Positions 19,255 to 25,674 of a stretch of 27,806 nt of DNA are shown here, piece after piece. This DNA is from Ferrithrix thermotolerans DSM 19514 (GTDB taxonomy: Bacteria > Actinomycetota > Acidimicrobiia > Acidimicrobiales > Ilumatobacteraceae). The stretch is taken from contig CAMAQQ010000001.1 in assembly GCA_945860575.1 (NCBI GenBank), forward strand, positions 1-27,806, read 5' to 3'. The notes under the pieces are model-generated. The model ran no database searches and had not been told where the DNA came from. It worked only from the letters and a program-made list of their open reading frames with translations. Within the stretch, counting starts at the first letter, position 1, and each line of letters opens with the position of its first letter. The position numbers and the translations under genes were made by a program.

Positions 19255-19731
19255 TCAACTTCTCTTCACCAGTGGACGTCCGTAAGTTGAAGTTGCTACT
19301 TCTTTAGTAACTACTTCTCCACGCTTCTGCCACCACTTGAATAAATAAATCATCAGGCCGATGTAATAAACATGGATGACTACAACGATGATGTCGCGAA
19401 TTGCTTCGTAACTAATAACGATCGGAAAGCTTCCGCCAATCGTGTCTGACTTCAAAATATCAAATGGTCCGTAGACGAGTTTGTCTTTACGCCATCCAAG
19501 ATCTTTGTCGGCGTGGTCGATCCACTGGTGAGGCACAACACCAAACGCCAAAAACAAAACTGCAAAAACATAAGCGGCACCCAGCATCGCTTCGCCCCAA
19601 GTTGCTTTACGATCAAAACTTCGACGCTTGCCAATTGGAATTACAACAAGACTCATGAGTGTGGTCAGTACGAGCGAAAACAAGAATGCCTGATTCACTC
19701 CTGGCCACCTGAGAATGTCAATTGCGAGCAT
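19255..19731 (-). CDS. Hypothetical 3-TM membrane protein, first gene of the run
   Basis: 158 aa, ATG 19731, purine-rich GAGGAAAGG upstream, 3-nt gap to the ferredoxin. Confidence 0.87.
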   Translation of the reverse strand: MLAIDILRWPGVNQAFLFSLVLTTLMSLVVIPIGKRRSFDRKATWGEAMLGAAYVFAVLFLAFGVVPHQWIDHADKDLGWRKDKLVYGPFDILKSDTIGGSFPIVISYEAIRDIIVVVIHVYYIGLMIYLFKWWQKRGEVVTKEVATSTYGRPLVKRS

Positions 19732-19745
19732 TGGTTGAGGGCTTG

Positions 19746-19786
19746 CCTTTCCTCGTGAGAAACTGTTTTTAGCCTAGTCGTCACGA
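19746..19786 (-). promoter_or_regulatory. Candidate promoter (-10 TAGGCT at 19771-19776) and SD-like tract for the long respiratory run
   Basis: TANNNT hexamer 40 nt upstream of ATG 19731 and GAGGAAAGG at 19746-19754. No convincing -35. Confidence 0.4.
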
Positions 19787-19976
19787 TAATCCGACAGATA
19801 ATCAACACCAGTTTTTCGGTAAATATTGCATGGCTTTTTCGTCACTAAGTTTCACGAATGCTCAACGCAATATGAAATCGTCAATCTTGACGGGTGATGT
19901 CGCTGGCGTGGTTGTGCGCTAGTGAACTTCTCGCAACAGCCTGACTTGCGTCTAACCTGTTAGACGAAAGCAGTCA

Positions 19977-20030
19977 AGAACTAATTACCAGAAATTAATT
20001 ACGAGAATTTAACTACCAGAATTTTAAAAA
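19977..20030 (+). repeat. Degenerate 13-14-bp tandem direct repeat, about 3.5 copies
   Basis: AGAACTAATTACC / AGAAATTAATTACG / AGAATTTAACTACC / AGAATTTTAAAAA. Confidence 0.7.
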
Positions 20031-20048
20031 AGTGATCTGAGGAGCGCA

Positions 20049-20873
20049 GTGGCAGGAATACCCGAGCATCTACTTAAGCGTGCACAAGAAGCGCGTGACA
20101 AAGCAGCTGGTAAAGCACCCGCAGCAGATGCATCCGGCGACGCGACAAATCTTCCTGCAAAAACTTCTCAAGCCAAACCAACTCCGGCTCCACAAGTTGC
20201 AAGCGCTCCGCCACCGCCACCGCCAGATCCAAGTTATGTAGTTGCTGCAAAGACGCGAAAAAAAATTCCATTTTGGGCGATGGCTACTTTGAGTTTGTTG
20301 CCCCTTTGGGCGCTGCTGTATGTGCTCGCGATTCGCCCACAAGAAAGAACAGTCGAAGGACCACTTGCAGTGGGTGCTGGTGTCTACGGATCTTGTGCAG
20401 GTTGTCATGGAGCCAATGGCGCTGGTGGAGCCGGTCGAGTTTTATACCAAGGAGAAGTTCTGAAAACTTTTCCGAAAATCGAGGACATGCTTAATTTTGT
20501 CTACACAGGCTCGCAACAATATATTTCTGCGGGTCTAAAAATTTATGGCAACCCAGACCGTGAAGGTGGCGCACACGAATTGCTTTCATATAACGGCAAC
20601 CCAATGCCTCAGCAGGGCGAAAAATACAGCGGTGGTCTAACTGACGCGGAAATTCTTGGAGTCGTCTGCCATGAACGCTATGAATTGAGTGGCGCAGACT
20701 CTGAAAGCGAAACATGGAAAGCAGAATACGAACGCTGGTGTTCACCCGAATCAGAGATTTTTGCTGGTCTTGAAGCTGGCTCAGTTAACTTTGACAATCT
20801 TGCAGAGACTTACGCTTCAATGCCCGACGCCCCTGCACATGTCGGTACAGACCCTCGACCAACTGGCAAATAA
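20049..20873 (+). CDS. Membrane-anchored monoheme cytochrome c
   Basis: GTG start with TGAGGAG at 20038-20044, Ala/Pro-rich linker, one TM (IPFWAM..LYVLAI), CAGCH at 20394-20408, candidate Met in NPMPQQG. Confidence 0.9.
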   Translation: MAGIPEHLLKRAQEARDKAAGKAPAADASGDATNLPAKTSQAKPTPAPQVASAPPPPPPDPSYVVAAKTRKKIPFWAMATLSLLPLWALLYVLAIRPQERTVEGPLAVGAGVYGSCAGCHGANGAGGAGRVLYQGEVLKTFPKIEDMLNFVYTGSQQYISAGLKIYGNPDREGGAHELLSYNGNPMPQQGEKYSGGLTDAEILGVVCHERYELSGADSESETWKAEYERWCSPESEIFAGLEAGSVNFDNLAETYASMPDAPAHVGTDPRPTGK

Positions 20874-20964
20874 TTAATTAACTAGTTTTCGTTCGCCAAC
20901 AGCGAGCAACGTCACACTATTTACATCGTAGAACACGACTAAACCTGTTTAGCCTTGGACCTAG

Positions 20965-22260
20965 ATGCAAAATGAAACTGAACTAGCTCAAGACAATACT
21001 GGCGAAGTTCGAAAAGTGCTGCGCACAGAAGTGCTCGTAGTCGGCGGAGGACCCGCTGGTGCCGCCGCCGGATTTTGGCTGGCGCGGCTTGGTCACGACG
21101 TAGTTGTGATTGAACGCAAAAAATTTCCACGAGAAAAAACATGTGGCGATGGATTAACACCACGTGCAGTTAAAGAACTCGGCGACATGGGTCTTGGCGA
21201 TCAACTGTCGCAGTTTCATCGCTACGAAGGTCTTCGCGCAACAGCACATGGCAAAGCACTCGAATTGAAATGGCCGACTCATCCGATTTATCCGCAGTAT
21301 GGATACGTCGTGCGTCGGCGCGAACTTGACATGATGGTCGCACGAAACGCCCAAGATGCTGGAGCGAAACTTTTAGAAGAGCATGAAGCAATCGCACCAA
21401 TAATTGAAAGTGATTGTGTTCGTGGTGCAATGGTTACGAACAAAGTTGATGGGAGCACTATTGCAATTCATGCGCAATATGTGATTATCGCTGATGGTGC
21501 GAACTCGCGATTCGGTCGCGCAATCGGAACCTCACGTGAAAAATCATGGCCGTACGGTACGGCGATTCGTACTTATTGGAAGAGCCCGAGACACGACGAA
21601 CCGTGGATTGAATCTGCACTTGACGTAAAAGATCGCAATGGTAAGTCGATGCCCGGATACGGTTGGATATTTCCGGTCGGCGACGGCACCATAAATATCG
21701 GCGTCGGACTGTTATCAACTTTCAAAAACTTTAAAGATGTGAACACTTCTCATTTACTTGATTCGTATGCGTATATGGTTGCCGACCGCTGGGAGATCGA
21801 CCCAACTCAACCAGAGTGCAAGGCAACTAGTGGCAAGATTCCGATGGGTGGATCGGTCGGACCAAAAGTTGGCAACACACACATCGTTATCGGTGATGCG
21901 GCCGGCAGCGTCAATCCATTTAATGGCGAAGGAATCGACTACGCCTACGAGACTGCCCACATCGCTGCCGATGTTTTGCATGATGCGCTACTTGCCAATG
22001 ATTCGGAGATACTAAAGCGCTACGACCAAATAATTGAAGATGAATACGGACAATATTTCAAAGTTGCAAGATTATTTGCACGAATCATCGGTCGCCCAGT
22101 TTTGATGCGCGAACTATCTCGAGTTGGCATCAATAGTCGAACGCTCATGGAGTGGGTGCTACGGATCATGGCTAACTTATTGCGACCAGACGAACTTGGC
22201 CCAGCCGAGGCTGCCTATAAAGCCGCCGCGTTGATCGTGCGCACTATGCCCGATGCCTAG
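20965..22260 (+). CDS. menJ: Geranylgeranyl reductase family flavoprotein, menaquinone reductase MenJ-like
   Basis: VVGGGPAGAAA, REKTCGDGLTPRAV, IIADGANS, GYGWIFP, IGDAAGSVNPFNGEGIDYA. The family call is firm; MenJ substrate is inferred from context. Confidence 0.8.
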   Translation: MQNETELAQDNTGEVRKVLRTEVLVVGGGPAGAAAGFWLARLGHDVVVIERKKFPREKTCGDGLTPRAVKELGDMGLGDQLSQFHRYEGLRATAHGKALELKWPTHPIYPQYGYVVRRRELDMMVARNAQDAGAKLLEEHEAIAPIIESDCVRGAMVTNKVDGSTIAIHAQYVIIADGANSRFGRAIGTSREKSWPYGTAIRTYWKSPRHDEPWIESALDVKDRNGKSMPGYGWIFPVGDGTINIGVGLLSTFKNFKDVNTSHLLDSYAYMVADRWEIDPTQPECKATSGKIPMGGSVGPKVGNTHIVIGDAAGSVNPFNGEGIDYAYETAHIAADVLHDALLANDSEILKRYDQIIEDEYGQYFKVARLFARIIGRPVLMRELSRVGINSRTLMEWVLRIMANLLRPDELGPAEAAYKAAALIVRTMPDA

Positions 22261-22268
22261 TCAGTTGA

Positions 22269-22379
22269 TTATCTAACCGACTGTGAATCATTGATCTTTG
22301 AAAAAACCGAACGAACGAGCCACGCAAAGTCTTCAAACAAAGTATGCGAAATACGACCCCGCGAAATCGGCAATTTCAT
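22269..22379 (-). CDS. Possible 36-aa small ORF MKLPISRGRISHTLFEDFAWLVRSVFSKINDSQSVR
   Basis: Hand translation. ATGA overlap with the stop of 22376-23002; fills the gap to the convergent menJ-like stop. Confidence 0.3.
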   Translation of the reverse strand: MKLPISRGRISHTLFEDFAWLVRSVFSKINDSQSVR

Positions 22380-23002
22380 AGAACGCAGACTACTTCGTTG
22401 ACTTCATCGGTAATCAGATTCATCTTTGAAACGCTTTGGTTTGGCGAATAAATATTTATAAATTCGCGCAGACTAATTCGGCTCGCGCCGCTGTCATCGC
22501 GGCAAGTCTTGATCGTTGGCGATGCAAGTCGAACAATCCAACCGTTTGCCAAAACTCCTCGGTCACCGTCATCAAGCATGTCAACAAGACTTGGCAACTC
22601 AAGAAACCGAGTCGGCGTTGGGCCGTTTGCATTGACGATCGCAAACCACATCACCGAATCACCAAACATGTTCGCCAACATCACACACGACGACTGTTTC
22701 GTCACATCAGCGCAGTCAAGTTCGCCTGGTGTGCCAGACGCTATAAATATGTTCCGGCCGTCATCCAGACTTGCGGTTGCGTCACCCACCGTGCGACCAT
22801 TTTCAATTGATAATCCTTCAGCCGTAGAAAATGTTGAAACAACCGCGACAAGTTCGATATTTTTCTCAACTGAATCTTGCATCACTGCGGCATCTGATCC
22901 GCGACCAAAGCAGTCATTACACGAGATGGCAAACAAGAAAAAACCTGCGACTGTGAGTAACCCGAACGCAAGCCAAAGTCGCGAATTCAGTAACTGACGC
23001 AC
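22376..23002 (-). CDS. Hypothetical exported or membrane-anchored Cys-containing protein
   Basis: 208 aa, GTG start, N-terminal hydrophobic segment, six Cys; downstream of rex on the same strand. Confidence 0.78.
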   Translation of the reverse strand: MRQLLNSRLWLAFGLLTVAGFFLFAISCNDCFGRGSDAAVMQDSVEKNIELVAVVSTFSTAEGLSIENGRTVGDATASLDDGRNIFIASGTPGELDCADVTKQSSCVMLANMFGDSVMWFAIVNANGPTPTRFLELPSLVDMLDDGDRGVLANGWIVRLASPTIKTCRDDSGASRISLREFINIYSPNQSVSKMNLITDEVNEVVCVL

Positions 23003-23040
23003 TAGTTAATAATAGTGAGAATCAGCCAAATAGCTAAAAG

Positions 23041-23733
23041 TTAGCGAGCACCAGCGGTATTGAGTTGCGGTGCATTTTCGGATTTACCACCTGTTTCAAA
23101 TCTCATCTGCTCGAAGTAACTCAGGATCTGCAATTCAACCCCGAGATCTACATTGCGCACTGAAACACTGCTCGGCGTAGACAACACAACCGGAGCAAAG
23201 TTGAGAATAGAAGTGATGCCTGCGTCTAGAAGTGAGTCGGCTGCGGCCTGCGACGCGGCGGAAGAAGTCGTGATCACACCGATACTTATCTTCTCGTCTC
23301 TAACAATGTTTTTAAGATCGTTCACATCACCGACAGTCAGCGAACTTGTAGTTCGTCCAATTTTTTTTGGATCGTTGTCTACGATTGCAACTACCGGAAA
23401 GCCACGCGATAAAAAACCATCGAACTTCGCGAGTGCGCATCCCAAATTTCCGGCGCCGACAACCACTACATTCCATTCACGCATCAAACCAAGTTCTCGT
23501 TTAATTTGATGAGTCAGATATGTAACTTCGTATCCAACGCCTCGAGTGCCGTAACTTCCGAGGTACGAAAGATCTTTTCGCACCTTGGCTGCGTTGACTC
23601 CTGCGAGGGCGGCAAGTTCATCACTCGAAAATCGAAGAACATTTGTTGCCGCGAGGTTGTTAAGAATCTGCAAATAGATCGGCAAACGAGCAATTGCTGC
23701 GTCTGGGATTTTGCGTCGTTGAAGTTGCGTCAT
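23041..23733 (-). CDS. rex: Redox-sensing transcriptional repressor Rex
   Basis: IPDAAIARLPIYL, KVRKDLSYLGSYGTRGVGYEV, VVGAGNLG, ILNFAP. Confidence 0.97.
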   Translation of the reverse strand: MTQLQRRKIPDAAIARLPIYLQILNNLAATNVLRFSSDELAALAGVNAAKVRKDLSYLGSYGTRGVGYEVTYLTHQIKRELGLMREWNVVVVGAGNLGCALAKFDGFLSRGFPVVAIVDNDPKKIGRTTSSLTVGDVNDLKNIVRDEKISIGVITTSSAASQAAADSLLDAGITSILNFAPVVLSTPSSVSVRNVDLGVELQILSYFEQMRFETGGKSENAPQLNTAGAR

Positions 23734-23740
23734 GGTGTCT

Positions 23741-23746
23741 AGGGTA
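23741..23746 (-). promoter_or_regulatory. Candidate -10 (TACCCT) of a leaderless rex transcript
   Basis: TANNNT 7 nt before the rex ATG with no SD between them. Confidence 0.55.
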
Positions 23747-23751
23747 GGGCT

Positions 23752-23769
23752 TAGTGCATTAATTCACAA
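23752..23769. promoter_or_regulatory. Probable Rex operator
   Basis: Minus strand TTGTGAA-TTAA-TGCACTA, 12/14 to the Rex consensus TTGTGAA-N4-TTCACAA, directly upstream of rex. Confidence 0.75.
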
Positions 23770-23821
23770 AGTTAAACCGGTCTTTTAGTGTTTTGTCGGT
23801 CAAGACTTTTGTCACCAGAGT

Positions 23822-23827
23822 TATCGT
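23822..23827 (+). promoter_or_regulatory. Candidate -10 (TATCGT) of a leaderless transcript for the 7-TM gene
   Basis: TANNNT 6 nt before GTG 23834, no SD. Confidence 0.5.
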
Positions 23828-23833
23828 TCGGTA

Positions 23834-24613
23834 GTGCTAATTGCAGTCTTTACGGCCTCAGCCAATCAAATTAATGCAACGCTTGCGGGCGCAGCGACGC
23901 TGATTGCCTGCGCATTTGCGTTGCTCACCTTTGATCGATGGCAAATTCGTGGTCAGTCGCACGACTTGGCGTGGACAATCGCAATGAGTCTTTTTGCCGT
24001 GGGTTCGCTGGCATTGTGGTGGGCCGAGACAACTGGCTGGACACTATTTATATTCAAAATATTTTTCGTTTCGGGGGCAGTGCTAAATGTTGCATGGCTG
24101 GCACTAGGGACGATTTATTTGTTGACCAGCAAAACAACGGGCGACCGTGTTCGTAAATATCTGACAAGTCTGAGTACATTCTCGATTGGGGTCGTCTTGA
24201 TTGCGCCCGCGAAACGAGAGATAGTCGACGGCGAGTTTCCGTCGGCGCGGCAATTATTTGGTGTTACCCCACGAGTTCTTGCCGCAGTTGGCTCTGGTGT
24301 GCCCGCACTGATAATAATTTTTGGTGCACTGTGGTCGATCTTCAGGGTGATCCAAAAATCATCACCGACGATTTCGCAAAAAAATGTGCGCACCGTTAAG
24401 TCACCGAAACGGTTGGCGCTCGGAAATGTTCTTGTCGCAACGGGAACACTTGTGCTTTCAGCGAGTGGATCTTTTGCCGGTCGCCTCGGCAAAGATCGGG
24501 CGTTTGCCGTCACCTTATTAATTGGCTTATGTATTTTATTTTCAGGATTTTTGGTCGCCAGTAACTCGTCTCGTATAAATTCGAAAGATAACTCAGTTGC
24601 TCGCGATGGCTGA
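23834..24613 (+). CDS. Hypothetical polytopic membrane protein (about 7 TM), divergent from rex
   Basis: 259 aa with seven hydrophobic segments; no catalytic motif recognised. Confidence 0.85.
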   Translation: MLIAVFTASANQINATLAGAATLIACAFALLTFDRWQIRGQSHDLAWTIAMSLFAVGSLALWWAETTGWTLFIFKIFFVSGAVLNVAWLALGTIYLLTSKTTGDRVRKYLTSLSTFSIGVVLIAPAKREIVDGEFPSARQLFGVTPRVLAAVGSGVPALIIIFGALWSIFRVIQKSSPTISQKNVRTVKSPKRLALGNVLVATGTLVLSASGSFAGRLGKDRAFAVTLLIGLCILFSGFLVASNSSRINSKDNSVARDG

Positions 24614-24619
24614 AAAAAT

Positions 24620-24703
24620 TTAGCGAATTACAAGTGAGGCAATGCCCGCTGCAAAAATAACCAAAAGCAACAACGCAATCGTCAGAGTCGTCGCTGGTCG
24701 CAT
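24620..24703 (-). CDS. 27-aa single-TM small protein MRPATTLTIALLLLVIFAAGIASLVIR
   Basis: Hand translation, below the track cutoff. ATG 10 nt after the DUF62 stop with GAGA upstream; basic N-terminus plus uninterrupted hydrophobic helix. Confidence 0.65.
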   Translation of the reverse strand: MRPATTLTIALLLLVIFAAGIASLVIR

Positions 24704-24713
24704 TATCTCAAGA

Positions 24714-25613
24714 TTAACGAGTCGGACTTATTTTTACTGATGTAGTAACCGAGGTTGGGTCTTGGCGGTGCGAATCAGTTGGGGCCGAAAGAACGATCAA
24801 ATCCCCTTGCCCGATCTGAAGTTCGGTTGCTGCTGATCCACGATCTACGCACAACGAAAGCATCCCATAAGAGTCAATTACTAGTCCGATGCCACTACCA
24901 ATTTGGTCATAACTCCGAACAATTTTCAATGATCGCACGACAGGTTCACGAGATGCACTCGCGCCACTCAATAGAGAACCGATTTCAACGCGCACAACCG
25001 CGCCAAAATCAGTCACTTCGTCCGGTCCAATATTGAGTTGACAGTTGCCGAAGCGATCAACCCAGGTGACTTCGCCGTGCAACGATCCATTTTCTTCTCG
25101 TGGCAAAGGCACCACGCCAGGAAGCAACAATGCAGGATCGATCAACTCTCCGAGTTCACTCAGATCGACGCCGTTGCAAAGATGCGCGGCAACTGGTCCA
25201 AAAATATCTCGCCCAGCAAAAGTTTCGCCTGGTGCGACGAGATGATAATCAGTATTGGTCAGGCAAACTGCTCGTCCGGCACCACCGGCAAGTGCGATAG
25301 CCATCGCCAACAAACCGTTGTCTGGGCCAACAAAAACTCCTTTGCCATCTGCAACTTCAACTGCGATTGCCCGGCGAGTTGAGCCAACTCCTGGATCAAC
25401 AACTGCGAGCACAACACCGCTTGCGACATATGACACACATCGTGCAAGGCTCAGCGAACCGGCACGAACATCAAACGGCTCAATTTCGTGTGTTAAGTCA
25501 ACCACGCGACAACTCGGGGCGATTTCATAAATCACACTTTTGACGACGCCAACAAACTCATCGCGTGTTCCGTAGTCGGATAGGAACGAGATCGTCGAAT
25601 ATTTTTTTGTCAT
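24714..25613 (-). CDS. SAM hydrolase / SAM-dependent halogenase family protein (DUF62), 299 aa from ATG 25613
   Basis: ISFLSDYGTRDEFVGVVK, VVDLTHEIEPFDV, VVDPGVGSTRR, FVGPDNGLL, TFAGRDIF, WVDRFGNCQLNI. Confidence 0.92.
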   Translation of the reverse strand: MTKKYSTISFLSDYGTRDEFVGVVKSVIYEIAPSCRVVDLTHEIEPFDVRAGSLSLARCVSYVASGVVLAVVDPGVGSTRRAIAVEVADGKGVFVGPDNGLLAMAIALAGGAGRAVCLTNTDYHLVAPGETFAGRDIFGPVAAHLCNGVDLSELGELIDPALLLPGVVPLPREENGSLHGEVTWVDRFGNCQLNIGPDEVTDFGAVVRVEIGSLLSGASASREPVVRSLKIVRSYDQIGSGIGLVIDSYGMLSLCVDRGSAATELQIGQGDLIVLSAPTDSHRQDPTSVTTSVKISPTR

Positions 25614-25630
25614 CGGCGTCTCACGATACT

Positions 25631-25674
25631 GAGAAACGTAAGAGCCGGTGCCAACCCCCCGACGGCACCGGCTC
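25631..25674 (-). terminator. Perfect 11-bp hairpin with weak U tail; possible intrinsic terminator or attenuator
   Basis: GAGCCGGUGCC-(11-nt loop)-GGCACCGGCUC followed by UUACGUUUCUC, ending 28 nt before the DUF62 ATG. Confidence 0.55.

Noticed and set aside
19839-19937. Rex operators in front of the respiratory run (TCGTCAC-N5-TTCACGA; TAGTGAA-N3-CTCGCAA)
   Set aside because: Half-site spacing is off by one base in both and matches are weak; not called without binding data.
19941-19969. Hammerhead-like CTGA..stem..GAAA
   Set aside because: The core reads CUGACUU rather than CUGANGA, and stems I and III are missing.
19977-20030. CRISPR array or mobile element end
   Set aside because: Repeats are 13-14 bp, adjacent, without spacers; no cas, transposase or integrase gene in the window.
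20208-20228. CCACCG/CCGCCA short repeat
   Set aside because: Simply encodes the poly-proline linker of the cytochrome c.
20660-20675. VVCHE as a second heme site in the divergent cytochrome c
   Set aside because: No upstream Cys at the CxxCH position.
22910-22930. CNDC as a heme c site in the exported hypothetical
   Set aside because: Followed by Phe, not His.
24714-25613. Calling the DUF62 gene a fluorinase or chlorinase
   Set aside because: It keeps the hydrolase-type VVDPGVG..R segment and lacks the Tyr of FlA/SalL; halogenase activity cannot be claimed from sequence.
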